This document shows positions 1-10,075 of a stretch of DNA of 64,000 nucleotides, piece by piece (the first letter of the stretch is position 1; each line of letters begins with the position of its first letter). A program made the translations under genes and the position numbers. This DNA is from Phycisphaerales bacterium (lineage in GTDB: Bacteria > Planctomycetota > Phycisphaerae > Phycisphaerales > UBA1924): assembly GCA_965227775.1 (NCBI GenBank), contig OZ245777.1, positions 2,048,001 to 2,112,000 of the forward strand. Direction: 5' to 3'. The notes under the pieces were generated by a model. The model saw only the letters and a list, made by a program, of their open reading frames with translations, searched no databases and was not told where the DNA came from.

Positions 1-755
1 ATCCTCGTCATCAGGTCGTTGATGGCGCCGGCGGTGTCGATGGGGTCGCACTTGGCGCTCAGGCTGCTGATCTTGATCGAGACGTTGGTGCGCGGGATGC
101 CGCCCAGGTGGTCGCGCTCCAGCCGATCGTTCTTCTTCCAGCCGCTTACGTCTTCGGGCAGATTTTCGACGAGGTCCAGGTACTTGGCCTTGTACGCGTC
201 GGCCTCCTCGTCGCTCACGCAAGCCTCGCCCAGCAGGTCGACGCTGAAGGCGATGCCGTCGTTCCAGAGCTTCTTGAGCCCCGGCAGCGCGCTCAGCGCA
301 TCGGTGCCAGCGATGAACTTCTTGCCCATGCCCTCGATCTGGCCGGAGATCGTCTTGGTCATCAGGCCCTTGGCGAGGCTGCCGGCCTTGAGGCCCAGGT
401 CCATGCCGGGGGGCATGGTGACGTGGTCCTGGTCGAGGTAGTCGACCAGGTGCTCGTGCACCATGTCGCTGGTCGTCAGCACGGGGAAGGTATCGACGAA
501 GCGGAACATCTCGACCTTGAAGCCATGATCGCGCATGGACCAGTCCATGAGCTTGTCGCTGTAGAAGCTCTTACTGAGCAGCCCGGCCTTGTGCTTGCGC
601 GCACGGCCGAGCATGTCCGAGCCGATGCCGGTGATGGCCGGGTCGATCGGATCGCCGGCGGCCCCATTGTCGGGCGTCGGGTAGCCGTTCGCGGCGGGCG
701 GTCGGGCGGCGTGGGGCGTGATAGGTCGTGCTTGCTTGCGGCTGAAGATGGCCAT
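1..755 (-). CDS. putA: Proline dehydrogenase / bifunctional PutA, N-terminal part (runs off the window start)
   Basis: Manual translation from ATG 755, not in the ORF track: MAIFSRKQ...DWSMRDHGFKVEMFRFVDTFPVL...KKFIAG...FSVDLLGEACVSDEEA...NVSIKISSL, which are PRODH motifs. Confidence 0.9.
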   Translation of the reverse strand, partial: MAIFSRKQARPITPHAARPPAANGYPTPDNGAAGDPIDPAITGIGSDMLGRARKHKAGLLSKSFYSDKLMDWSMRDHGFKVEMFRFVDTFPVLTTSDMVHEHLVDYLDQDHVTMPPGMDLGLKAGSLAKGLMTKTISGQIEGMGKKFIAGTDALSALPGLKKLWNDGIAFSVDLLGEACVSDEEADAYKAKYLDLVENLPEDVSGWKKNDRLERDHLGGIPRTNVSIKISSLSAKCDPIDTAGAINDLMTR

Positions 756-905
756 GGAGGGTCGGTTCCTCGCGGAGAACGGCGTGCGGGATGGCCACGG
801 CGCGAGCATCGCGGAGGCCTCTCAGATTGTACGGGCTCGCCCATCGGGTCACGTGGCTCGGCGACGCATGCGGTGGGAGCGCCCGCCAAGCCATAGCATC
901 GACCC

Positions 906-1913
906 GTGCCATCTTCTCGCGAACAAGACCAGCCTGCCGGTGGCAGCCCAGCCGTGCTGACCATTGGGGTTTTCGATGGCGTGCACTCGGGTCACCGGGC
1001 ACTCATAGAGCGGGCGCGGGGGCTGGCTGAAGGCTACTTGGGGGGCGCGAGCGTGCTGGCCATGGCGTTCGATCCCCCGCCGAAGGCGATGCTCGCGCCT
1101 GGGAGCGAGCCGCCGCGGTTGACCACGTTCGAGCAGCGAGCCGATCTGCTACTGGAAGCTGGGGCCGACGAAGTGATGCGGCTGGAGCCCACCGTGGAGT
1201 TGTTGGGCTTGACGCCCGAGCGCTTCGTGGACGAGGTGCTGCTGCCGCTACGTCCCTTGGCTGTGGTTGAGGGGCCGGATTTCCGCTTTGGCGCGAAGCG
1301 GGCGGGTGATGTGGCGACGCTGGGTGAACTCGGTCAGTCGCGGGGGTTCGCCGTCCACGTCGTAGAGCCCGTTGAAGTCTCACTGAACGACCAGGCAGTT
1401 GTCGCGGCCAGCAGCAGCCGCGTGCGGTGGTTTCTGGAGCAGGGCCGTGTCGCCGATGCGGGGCGGGTGCTAGGGCGTGCGTACGAGCTGGCGGGAGAAG
1501 TAGTGCGCGGCGACCAGCGCGGGCGGACGATCGGCTTCCCGACGGCGAACGTATGCAGCGAGCAAATGGCGCCCGGCGAGGGCGTGTACGCGTGCGTAGC
1601 GACGCTGGATGATGGGCGTTCCATTCCTTGCGCCGTCAACGTCGGCGAGCGCCCGACCTTCGAAGGCACGGAGCTCCGCGTCGAAGCCCACCTGATCGGC
1701 TACAAACGAAGCAACGATGAGCCCGAGTATGGCTGGCCTCTGCGGATCGCGTTCGTGTCGCGACTGCGCGATCAGGTCCGCTTCGACGGGGTCGATACAC
1801 TGACGGCGCAGTTGTCACGCGACGTGCTGCGCGCCAATGCACTCTTGTCAACGACCGTGCCTTCGTGGGCCTCGGCCACGGCCGATCCAGTTAGTCAGGA
1901 AGAGAGCTTATGA
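906..1913 (+). CDS. ribF: Bifunctional riboflavin kinase/FAD synthetase
   Basis: Motifs IGVFDGVHSGH, GPDFRFG, GRTIGFPTAN, NVGERPTF, VEAHL. Confidence 0.97.
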   Translation: MPSSREQDQPAGGSPAVLTIGVFDGVHSGHRALIERARGLAEGYLGGASVLAMAFDPPPKAMLAPGSEPPRLTTFEQRADLLLEAGADEVMRLEPTVELLGLTPERFVDEVLLPLRPLAVVEGPDFRFGAKRAGDVATLGELGQSRGFAVHVVEPVEVSLNDQAVVAASSSRVRWFLEQGRVADAGRVLGRAYELAGEVVRGDQRGRTIGFPTANVCSEQMAPGEGVYACVATLDDGRSIPCAVNVGERPTFEGTELRVEAHLIGYKRSNDEPEYGWPLRIAFVSRLRDQVRFDGVDTLTAQLSRDVLRANALLSTTVPSWASATADPVSQEESL

Positions 1914-2956
1914 GCAGTGCTACGGAGAGCCCCGCCTACGAGTCGACGGTGACGCCCAGCGATCTGGCCGAGTGGGTCCGCGGGGCGGGCCGGCTGCTCG
2001 TGATCTGCCACACGCGGCCCGACGGCGATGCGGTCGGCAGCACGCTGGCGATCGCGCGGGCGGCGAAGACAGCCGGCGTCGACGTGCAACTTGCCTATGC
2101 CGGTGAACTTCCGCCGTGGATGGACGAGATTCTGCAGGACGCGAGCTGGGTGCACCTCGATGCGGGGGACCCGCCGGCGCCATTCGACAAGTGCCTGGTG
2201 TGCGATACCGGTGCGTGGAGCCAGCTCGAGCCGTACAAGCCGTGGATCGCGGGCAAGGCGGACCATGTGGCGGTACTCGACCACCATCGCAGCGGCTCGC
2301 CGGACGTGGCCGAGGCGCGGCTGATCGATAGCGATGCCGCGGCGGCGTGCGAGATGGGCGCCGAGATCTGCACGCTGCTGCTGGGCATCGAGAACGCCTC
2401 CAAACTGCCGCTGGATATCGCCGAGCCGCTGATGCTCGGGCTTGGCACGGATACGGGCTGGTTCCGCCATCCGAGCGTGACGCCGCACGTGCTCCGGCTT
2501 GCGGCGGACCTGGTGCAGGCGGGGGCCGAGCACCCCAAGCTCGTGAAGATGACGATGCTCAGCGACCCAATCCAGCGCCTGAAGCTGATGTCCAAGGCGC
2601 TCGGCTCGTTGAGCCTGCACGAAGACCTGGGTGTTGCTGTTGTGAAGGTCTCCGCAGAAGACATCACGAGCATCGGCGCGAGCGTGGGCATGACCAGTGG
2701 TTTTGCCGACCCGGCGCTGGCCGTCAAGAGCGTGCACGTGGCGATCGTGCTGGTGGAACTGCCGCCCGAGGGCGACGGCACGAAGAAGGTCAAGATCAGC
2801 ATGCGCAGCAAGGTGGACGGGCCCGATGTTGCCCAATTGGCCGGCGCGTTCGGCGGCGGCGGGCACATCCGAGCTGCGGGCGCTCGGAGCGAGCTGTCGC
2901 TCGACGAGACTGAGGCGAAGCTGCTCGAGTTGATCGCTCAGAGTCAGCAGGCATGA
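1910..2956 (+). CDS. nrnA: DHH/DHHA1 phosphoesterase (nanoRNase/pAp phosphatase)
   Basis: Motifs HTRPDGDAVGS, LDHH, TDTGWF, GGGGHIRAAG; ATGA overlap with ribF. Confidence 0.9.
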   Translation: MSSATESPAYESTVTPSDLAEWVRGAGRLLVICHTRPDGDAVGSTLAIARAAKTAGVDVQLAYAGELPPWMDEILQDASWVHLDAGDPPAPFDKCLVCDTGAWSQLEPYKPWIAGKADHVAVLDHHRSGSPDVAEARLIDSDAAAACEMGAEICTLLLGIENASKLPLDIAEPLMLGLGTDTGWFRHPSVTPHVLRLAADLVQAGAEHPKLVKMTMLSDPIQRLKLMSKALGSLSLHEDLGVAVVKVSAEDITSIGASVGMTSGFADPALAVKSVHVAIVLVELPPEGDGTKKVKISMRSKVDGPDVAQLAGAFGGGGHIRAAGARSELSLDETEAKLLELIAQSQQA

Positions 2957-3750
2957 GCGAGCGCGGCCCGCAGAAAGCCAAGCCCGGGCCGCCCCGCTGG
3001 CAAGACGTCGCGGGCGACCCAAAAGTCCGTCCGGGCAAGCGCCCGCCGATGCGGCCCATGACGACCACGCTCTGGGCCTATCCAAGTCAGCACTACGACG
3101 GCGCCAAGACCGTCCAGGGCGACAAGACGTACACGGGCGGCACGCCGAGCTGGGTGATCTGGCAGCTGCTGGATCGATACACGCGTGAGGGCGACGTCGT
3201 GCTCGATCCGATGTGCGGCGGCGGGACGATGCTGGACGTCTGTGCCGACATGGGGCGCAATGGCATTGGCTACGACCTCGTGCCGAGCCGGCCCGACATC
3301 AAGCAGGCCGACGCGCGCGAGCTGCCGTTGAAGAACGGGTCGGCCGACTTCGTGTTCCTTGACCCGCCCTACTCGACGCACATCGACTACAGCAATCACC
3401 CGGACTGCATCGGCAAGCTCGACTCGAGCGAGGCGGCGTACTACGAGGCGATGGCGGGGGTGTTTGACGACGTGTACCGCGTCTTGCGAGACCGTCGCTA
3501 CATGGCGGTCTACATCAGCGATAGCTGGCGCAAGCAGAAGGGCGTGGCCGGAGGGAACTTCATGCCCATCGGCTTCGAACTGTTCGCGATGCTGCGGGAG
3601 AATTTCCGCCCTATCGATATCGTGTGCGTCGTGCGGCGAAACTCCAAGCTACGGCAGGGCAACCGCCACATGGCCGCGGCAAAAGACAACTTCTTCATCC
3701 GTGGGTTCAACTACCTCTTAATCTTCAAGAAGGAAGCCGAGCGGCGCTGA
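2953..3750 (+). CDS. Orphan amino-methyltransferase (N4/N6 DNA methylase-like or Trm11-like)
   Basis: SAM motif VLDPMCGGGT followed by catalytic FLDPPY; ATGA overlap with nrnA. Confidence 0.8.
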   Translation: MSERGPQKAKPGPPRWQDVAGDPKVRPGKRPPMRPMTTTLWAYPSQHYDGAKTVQGDKTYTGGTPSWVIWQLLDRYTREGDVVLDPMCGGGTMLDVCADMGRNGIGYDLVPSRPDIKQADARELPLKNGSADFVFLDPPYSTHIDYSNHPDCIGKLDSSEAAYYEAMAGVFDDVYRVLRDRRYMAVYISDSWRKQKGVAGGNFMPIGFELFAMLRENFRPIDIVCVVRRNSKLRQGNRHMAAAKDNFFIRGFNYLLIFKKEAERR

Positions 3751-3798
3751 CGGGCGAGGCGGACGCCCGACTTGTGCCACTCCCGGCTAGCATCGCTC

Positions 3799-5298
3799 AT
3801 GAAGCGAGCCGCCCTCGTACTGCTGTCGTGCCTGCTCCCCATGTCGGCCTGCGCCCAGACGGGTGAGAGGGCCGAACCCCAGCCGACCGTGCCGCCCGGA
3901 GTGTCGCCGCTTGACCGGTATACCGCCGAGCGAGACGACTCGTTTGCGTGGAAGGTCGTCAGGTCCTACGCGGGCCGCCAAGGCCGGGAGAACCTCACGG
4001 GGTTTGCGATCGACCTGACCAGCCAGACCTGGCGCGGCGAGGGCGAGGTCGACTTCCCGCAATGGACACACATGATGCAGGTGGTCGTGCCGGACGAGGT
4101 GAAGCACGACACCGCGCTCATGCTGGTGGGTGGTGGGCAGCGGCAGGACGGACCTCCGAACCGTTTGCAGGAAGAACTCTGGGTCATCGCGAACGCGACG
4201 GGGACGATCGTCGCCGCCGTACCGAACGTGCCCAATCAGCCGCTGTCGCTACCCGAGCCCAATGGAACGCTCGGTGCTGCTCGCTTCGAGGACGATCTCC
4301 TTGCCGAGAGTTGGATGGTCGCTAAGCGCACCGGCGACGAGGGGTGGATCATCCATCAGGCGATGGTCGAGTCGGTTGTCGCGGCGATGGACGCGGTGCA
4401 GGCCTTTGCCAAGACCGAAGAAGCTGGCGGGCACGAGGTCGGCGGCTTTGTCGTCTCGGGTGGAAGCAAGCGCGGCTGGACAACATGGCTGACGGCGGCG
4501 GTCGACGATCGCGTGCGCGGCATCATCCCTATGGTCATCGATACGCTGAATCTGCCGGCAACCATGCGCCATCACTATGGCGCGTACGGCTTCTTTGCGC
4601 CGGCCATCGGCGACTACGCCGGGCGGAACCTGATGCAGCAACTCGACACGCCCTTTGGCGAAGAGCTGCGACGCATCGTCGATCCGTACCTGTTCCGCGA
4701 CCGGCTGGACATGCCCAAGTTCGTGCTGAACACCAGCGGCGACGAGTACTTCCTGCCCGACACGCCGCGGTACTGGATCGACGACCTGCCGGGCACGACG
4801 AAGCTTCGCATCGTGCAGAACTGGGATCACGCGATCGACCAGAGTGCCGACGCGATCTTCTCTGCCATCGGTTTCTACGAGGCTATCTTGAATGAAGTGG
4901 AGCTGCCCGCTCTGCGCATCGAGGTAATCGAGGAGACCGACGAAGCGATCGAGTGGGTATTGCGCGTAGAGATCCCCGACGAGCGGGTCACACTCCGCCG
5001 GCTCACGATGTGGCAGGCGACCAACCCAAATGCGCGCGACTTCCGCCAAGAAGTCGTCGGCAAGCCGTTCAAGATGCGCGTGCTCCAGCCGCAGGAAGAG
5101 GGCGAGCACGAGGGGGCGTACCACCTGCGAATCGAGAAGCCCGAAGCCGGCTACACGGCTTTCATCGTCGAGGATCGCTACGACGTCGCAGGCCAGGGCC
5201 TACCGCTGGTGTTCACGACGCAGATGCAAGTGATCCCCGATGTGCTGGAGCACACCTTCGAGTTGCCCAGTGGCGAGACCGAGGTGGAGTCGCCGTGA
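3799..5298 (+). CDS. PqaA-family (PhoPQ-activated pathogenicity-related) alpha/beta-hydrolase-like protein, probable lipoprotein
   Basis: Motifs LTSQTW, VPNQPL, EDDLLA, SGGSKRGWTTW, VDPY, GDEYFLPD; signal peptide ending MSAC. Confidence 0.85.
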   Translation: MKRAALVLLSCLLPMSACAQTGERAEPQPTVPPGVSPLDRYTAERDDSFAWKVVRSYAGRQGRENLTGFAIDLTSQTWRGEGEVDFPQWTHMMQVVVPDEVKHDTALMLVGGGQRQDGPPNRLQEELWVIANATGTIVAAVPNVPNQPLSLPEPNGTLGAARFEDDLLAESWMVAKRTGDEGWIIHQAMVESVVAAMDAVQAFAKTEEAGGHEVGGFVVSGGSKRGWTTWLTAAVDDRVRGIIPMVIDTLNLPATMRHHYGAYGFFAPAIGDYAGRNLMQQLDTPFGEELRRIVDPYLFRDRLDMPKFVLNTSGDEYFLPDTPRYWIDDLPGTTKLRIVQNWDHAIDQSADAIFSAIGFYEAILNEVELPALRIEVIEETDEAIEWVLRVEIPDERVTLRRLTMWQATNPNARDFRQEVVGKPFKMRVLQPQEEGEHEGAYHLRIEKPEAGYTAFIVEDRYDVAGQGLPLVFTTQMQVIPDVLEHTFELPSGETEVESP

Positions 5299-5981
5299 GC
5301 GATCGGCAGGGCCGGGTGCCTCGCTCCCTGTCACAGGAGCTCACGGCACGGCTGGAGCGCGAGCTCGATGAAGGCGAGCGACTGATCTGGGTGAGCCAGC
5401 CCGATGCGCGGCGGCTGGTCCGCCAGCAGTGGCCGCTGGCGATCGCCTTCTCGAGCGTGTTCTTGGGTTTCGCGGTCTTCACCGGCTGGGCAACGATCGA
5501 TTCCCTGCTGACGATTCGCGAAGCAACTGACGCCGCTGAGCGATCAACACGCGAGGTGCGTGAGGCAAAGGGCGTGCTCTGGACCTCGCTTATTGCCACA
5601 ATGGTCTTCTCACTGCCAATGGCGTGGTCCGTGTTGTTCGAGCCATCACGCATCGGGCGTGTCGCGCGTAACACGGTGTATGCGATCACGCCTGCGAGAG
5701 CGATCGTCCTCCATATCGGCAGGCGGAAGATCACCGAGCGCGACTATCGGGCGGACGAGCTCGTCCACCTCTTGCGTCGTGAACGGCGGGACGGCTCGGG
5801 CGACCTGCTGTTTGAGGCGGCCCGAGGAGGTGTTCCTCGATCGAAGTCGGCGGGTGGTGCGCACGGGTTCTTTGCGATCTCGGATGTGCTCGACGTCGAG
5901 AAGCTGCTCCGACGCCAGTTCGGTCAGAGTGGTATGAGCCCGTCGTCGACGGGCGAGTCCCCGCAAGAAAAGGAAAAGTGA
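5295..5981 (+). CDS. Membrane protein with 2 TM segments and a PH-like C-terminal domain
   Basis: GTGA overlap; [14 protein letters not shown], two hydrophobic segments, [16 protein letters not shown]. Confidence 0.7.
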   Translation: MSDRQGRVPRSLSQELTARLERELDEGERLIWVSQPDARRLVRQQWPLAIAFSSVFLGFAVFTGWATIDSLLTIREATDAAERSTREVREAKGVLWTSLIATMVFSLPMAWSVLFEPSRIGRVARNTVYAITPARAIVLHIGRRKITERDYRADELVHLLRRERRDGSGDLLFEAARGGVPRSKSAGGAHGFFAISDVLDVEKLLRRQFGQSGMSPSSTGESPQEKEK

Positions 5982-6367
5982 TGCAACTCGGTGCGTTCTC
6001 GGTCAGCCTTGCCGTCAAGGACCTCGCGGCGTCCAAGGCGTTCTATGCGAAGCTTGGATTCACACCCATCGGCGGCGACGAGGCCCACAACTACTTGATC
6101 CTGCGCAACGGTGAGGCGACCATCGGCCTCTTCCAGGGCATGTTCGACACGAACATCCTGACCTTCAACCCCGGTTGGGCGAGCAGTGGCGAGCATCCGG
6201 AGTCGTTTACCGATGTGCGTGCGTTGCAGGAGCAGCTTAAGGCCGACGGCATCGAACTTATTGAGCAGGCTGACGAGTCAGGCGATGGTGTGGCGCATCT
6301 GACGATGGTCGACCCCGATGGCAATCCGATCCTCATCGACCAGCACGTGCCGAAGCCCAAGGGCTGA
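5978..6367 (+). CDS. VOC/glyoxalase family protein
   Basis: Motifs [39 protein letters not shown]. Confidence 0.9.
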   Translation: MMQLGAFSVSLAVKDLAASKAFYAKLGFTPIGGDEAHNYLILRNGEATIGLFQGMFDTNILTFNPGWASSGEHPESFTDVRALQEQLKADGIELIEQADESGDGVAHLTMVDPDGNPILIDQHVPKPKG

Positions 6368-6370
6368 GGG

Positions 6371-7663
6371 TCACTCACACCCGGCGTCGAACGCGTTCTG
6401 GAAGGCCAGGAAATCGAAGATGGTGAGCTCGCCGTCGCCGTCGAAGTCGGCTGCGGGGTCGCCGTCCTGGAACAGGTTCTGGAAGGCGAGGAAGTCGAAG
6501 ATGGTGAGCTGACCGTCGCCATCGATGTCTGGAGCGCACGCGATGGGGATGAGCAGGAACGCATGCCCGAGCGAGCCGTCGCGCACGCCGGTGCCGACGA
6601 TCCATCCGTTCTCGTTGATGTGATCGGCCCGTTGCAGTCGTTCCCAGCCGAGCAAGGCCGCGTCTGGCACGAGGTCGAAGAGCGAGTAGAACTCGCCGCC
6701 GGCGCCATCGGGCAAGACGAACGCCTGGATGCCGACGAACGGGGGCGTTGCCAGATCGGACCACCAGCCGACGATGGTGCCGTCTTCGGTGATCGAGCGT
6801 GCGACGCCCTGGGGCCGAACGAACAGGCCATCGAGCACATGGATCGGCTCGTAGCCCGAGCCGGTGTCTTGCCAGAGCGTCGCGTACTCGGGCTGGCTGA
6901 TGTTGAATTGCGCCTCGCCGACGATCAGCCCGGCGCTGTTGGCGTCGTGCGCCCGGCTCGTCACGCCGGTGAGCGACGGATGGTCGTGCAGATTGGTTAG
7001 CACGCCGGCATCCCAAGCGAATGCCTTGTCCTGCCCCGTACTGCGGTAGCCAACAACCAGGTCGTTGTCCGTCATCGCGAGCGGGCGGTCGAGTTCGCCG
7101 AGGTCTGTAAGCGCGACTCCATCCTCGAGCAGCCAGCCGCGAAAGTCGAGCCCGCCAGAACCGCTGGGCTCACGGCCCCATCCAAACAGAGTGCCCGTGT
7201 TGTTCGAACCGCGCACGCTTGCGAGTTGGTACGGTGGCGGGGCGGCGAGCAAGTCGGAGATGGCCTGTGGGTTGCCGTCGTCGTTCCATCGCACGGCAAT
7301 CGGGTCTTGGATGATTCGTATGGGCCCGGGACCGCCCTCGAAGGTGATGCGATCGGACGTTCCGAGCGGACGGCGCTGGGCATCCATGGCCCAGGCCTCG
7401 CTGGCGTTGTCGTCGCCGCGAAGCAGCGGCAGTACCTCGACGATCGAGCCCTCGCTGGTCCAACGCAGTGCGACGGGCTTGCCCTCGACCGGTTCGAAGC
7501 CGATGCCCACGACCACGCCCTCTTCGCTCACGAAGGTGGCATCCACGACGAACAGGCCGAGCGGGTCTCGGGTGACGTCGGTGAGATCGATGATGCGATA
7601 GCTGGGTTGGGCTGTCGCGGCGGTCGCCGTGAGAAGTGCTGCAATCAAGGCTGGGTTGGTCAT
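6371..7663 (-). CDS. Secreted HAF-repeat-like beta-propeller with C-terminal GC-type dockerin domain
   Basis: Signal peptide; HAF-like repeats (LTDLGEL, AHDANSAGLIVG, INENGWIVG, HAFLL); tail CAPDIDGDGQLTIFDFLAFQNLF...DFDGDGELTIFDFLAFQNAFDAGCE; SD AGGAG. Confidence 0.88.
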   Translation of the reverse strand: MTNPALIAALLTATAATAQPSYRIIDLTDVTRDPLGLFVVDATFVSEEGVVVGIGFEPVEGKPVALRWTSEGSIVEVLPLLRGDDNASEAWAMDAQRRPLGTSDRITFEGGPGPIRIIQDPIAVRWNDDGNPQAISDLLAAPPPYQLASVRGSNNTGTLFGWGREPSGSGGLDFRGWLLEDGVALTDLGELDRPLAMTDNDLVVGYRSTGQDKAFAWDAGVLTNLHDHPSLTGVTSRAHDANSAGLIVGEAQFNISQPEYATLWQDTGSGYEPIHVLDGLFVRPQGVARSITEDGTIVGWWSDLATPPFVGIQAFVLPDGAGGEFYSLFDLVPDAALLGWERLQRADHINENGWIVGTGVRDGSLGHAFLLIPIACAPDIDGDGQLTIFDFLAFQNLFQDGDPAADFDGDGELTIFDFLAFQNAFDAGCE

Positions 7664-7681
7664 GGCGGTTCTCCTACCGAT

Positions 7682-10024
7682 CTATTCGCAGCCGGCGTCG
7701 AAGGCGTTCTGGAAAGCAAGAAAGTCGAAGAGGGTGAGTTGGCCATCTCCGTCGAAGTCGGCTCGCGGATCACCGATCCAGAATGCATCGTGAAACCGAA
7801 TGTAGTCGAACACGTTGAGCTCTCCATCCCCGTCGAAGTCCGCTCGGCAGGGTGGTGCACATCGATTCAGGAGCACCTGAAGCGAGGGAACGCGTGTGTC
7901 GGCTACTGCGATGTCGGTTTGTCCGTCAAGATTTACATCTGCGAGCGTGAAGTTGGCGATCGTCTCGCCCGTTCGAAGGACCGGGCTCACGAAGAATCGC
8001 CGACCTCCAAGGTGCGTGAGTACTTGCACTCCTCCTGAGACATTGGCGACGACATCTGGGATGCCGTCCGCCGTCACGTCGCCAATCTCGATTCCTGTCG
8101 CCGCACGGCCGATGTCGACCTGCTGCCGATCGCCCACACTGCCCAGGCCATCACCCGGCCAGTAGATGATCGCGCCGTTGAGTCCATCTCCAACGACGAC
8201 GTCCTCGTTGCCATCCGAATCGAAGTCGACGATGCCGATGATCCCGCTGTTGAAGCCGATGGGGAGCACGCGCTGGGGAACCAACCGGCGGTTGTCCAGC
8301 TCGAAGATTGCCACCAGCCGACTCGGGAGGGTCGTGCTTACGCCAATCTCCAGCCGACCATCACCGTTGAGGTCACCAGCGGCCATCGCCGACGAACGAT
8401 CGGCAACATCGAGAACGAGCCGGTCGTCGAAGCGACCGGTCCCGTCGTTGTACGCCACCAGCAGCCGATCTCGCTCCAGCAGCACGATCGCATCGGGGTC
8501 ACCATCGGCGTCGGCGTCGAGCAGCTCAAACGTGGCTTCGCGAGAGTCAATGTCCCACTCGGCGATCGAGCGGAGACCGCCTGGTCCTTCGTTGATGATC
8601 GTCTCCAAGCCCCCGCCCTGCTTTGTGAGTGCCACCGCGTCGAGGTCGCCGTCCAAGTCAACGTCCGCAAGCCGCAGCTGCCTCACCGCGCCGCGGAGCG
8701 AGACGGACTGGACATGCACCGGCCCGGTCGCGGTCTGCCGGAGCACGTCGAGGCGTGGTCTCGCGTTCACGGACACGAGCAGGTCTGCAAGGCCGTCTCC
8801 ATCCAGGTCGCCCGCGTCGATGTCGAAGAGGCCCCACGGTTCCACGACTGCGGTTGCTAGTTGTTGAGGCAGAGGGAACGAACCCAGTCCATCGTTCACC
8901 AGCACGGTGACGTCGAAGCCCCGCGAGTTCGGAACCGCGAGGTCGATCGCGCCGTCAGAGTTCATATCGGCCGAAACGATCTGGATGGGCTCCCGGCCCA
9001 CCGGCAGGACTGTCGGCGTGCCCAAGCGGCCACCGCCCATGCTATCCAGCACGGCAACGAATCCGCCGTTTTGGTCGACAACCGCCACGTCCGCGTCGCC
9101 GTCACGGTCGAAGTCGCCGACCGCAACAGCGCCAAGCTCGCCACCCGCGGGCGCGCATTGGGCCTCGCCAAACACGCCGCCGGTGTTCAGGCGCGTGCAC
9201 ACCAGGCCGACGATCAACTCGGTCCAGACGAGGTCGGGGTCGCCATCGCCGTCGACGTCTCCCAGAGCGACGCCGGTGGGAAACAGGCCGGTCGGATACA
9301 GGTCCGGCTCGCCGAAGTCTCCGGTCCCGTCATTGAAGTGGACCTGGAGTCGCGGCTCGGCGAATCCGCGGCTGGAAACAACGAGGTCCGGATCGCCGTC
9401 GCCGTCCAAATCGCTCCATGCGATCGCCTCGGCGAACGACGCGACCAGCACCGAAGAAGTGAGCTGGAAAGATCCGGAGCCGTCGTTACGCAAGAGCCGC
9501 ACGCCGCTGCTTGCTCGAACGGCCAGATCGATGTCGCCGTCGCCGTCCATGTCTTCCGGACTCAGTTCGTTCGGCAGTACGCCCGAACTCGACGTGATCG
9601 GCTCGGCGAAGCTCCCTGCTCCGTCACCCAAGAGCACATCGACTGTCGACCCGAGCGTGCTGCCATAGGCAATGTCGAGCGCTCCATCGCCGTTGAAATC
9701 GGCGGCAACCACGCACTGCAGGCGTCGCAGATCCGGCAACTCGATGGTTCGAGATTCGAACCACCCGCCCTCTCGAGCTATCGAGAGCGTGATGTCGTTG
9801 CTGACAACGTTGGCAACCGCGAGGTCCGCTCGCCCATCCCCATTGAAATCACCCACAGCAACGCAGCTGGGGCGTTCTTCGGCAGGAAGATCCCACGGTG
9901 CGGCAAACGGCTGCTTGCAACGGGCATCGTGCGGGCCGGTTTGGGCAACAGCGTCGGCAGCTGGTCCCAGCGGTGCGAGACCGATAGCGATGGCCCAAAC
10001 GGCGGATCGATCCCGTCGTGACAT
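7682..10024 (-). CDS. Secreted FG-GAP/VCBS-repeat protein with GC-type dockerin tail
   Basis: Many GDFNGDG/DLDGDGDxDL repeats; tail CRADFDGDG...FQNAFDAGCE. Confidence 0.9.
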   Translation of the reverse strand: MSRRDRSAVWAIAIGLAPLGPAADAVAQTGPHDARCKQPFAAPWDLPAEERPSCVAVGDFNGDGRADLAVANVVSNDITLSIAREGGWFESRTIELPDLRRLQCVVAADFNGDGALDIAYGSTLGSTVDVLLGDGAGSFAEPITSSSGVLPNELSPEDMDGDGDIDLAVRASSGVRLLRNDGSGSFQLTSSVLVASFAEAIAWSDLDGDGDPDLVVSSRGFAEPRLQVHFNDGTGDFGEPDLYPTGLFPTGVALGDVDGDGDPDLVWTELIVGLVCTRLNTGGVFGEAQCAPAGGELGAVAVGDFDRDGDADVAVVDQNGGFVAVLDSMGGGRLGTPTVLPVGREPIQIVSADMNSDGAIDLAVPNSRGFDVTVLVNDGLGSFPLPQQLATAVVEPWGLFDIDAGDLDGDGLADLLVSVNARPRLDVLRQTATGPVHVQSVSLRGAVRQLRLADVDLDGDLDAVALTKQGGGLETIINEGPGGLRSIAEWDIDSREATFELLDADADGDPDAIVLLERDRLLVAYNDGTGRFDDRLVLDVADRSSAMAAGDLNGDGRLEIGVSTTLPSRLVAIFELDNRRLVPQRVLPIGFNSGIIGIVDFDSDGNEDVVVGDGLNGAIIYWPGDGLGSVGDRQQVDIGRAATGIEIGDVTADGIPDVVANVSGGVQVLTHLGGRRFFVSPVLRTGETIANFTLADVNLDGQTDIAVADTRVPSLQVLLNRCAPPCRADFDGDGELNVFDYIRFHDAFWIGDPRADFDGDGQLTLFDFLAFQNAFDAGCE

Positions 10025-10075
10025 AGCGCCTCCCTGCTGGCAGGACGATAGCTCGCCGAGCCAGGCGCCAGCCCG

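Noticed and set aside
19..896. Plus-strand ORFs 19..441 and 108..896
   Set aside because: Antisense shadows of putA, which has clear PRODH motifs on the minus strand
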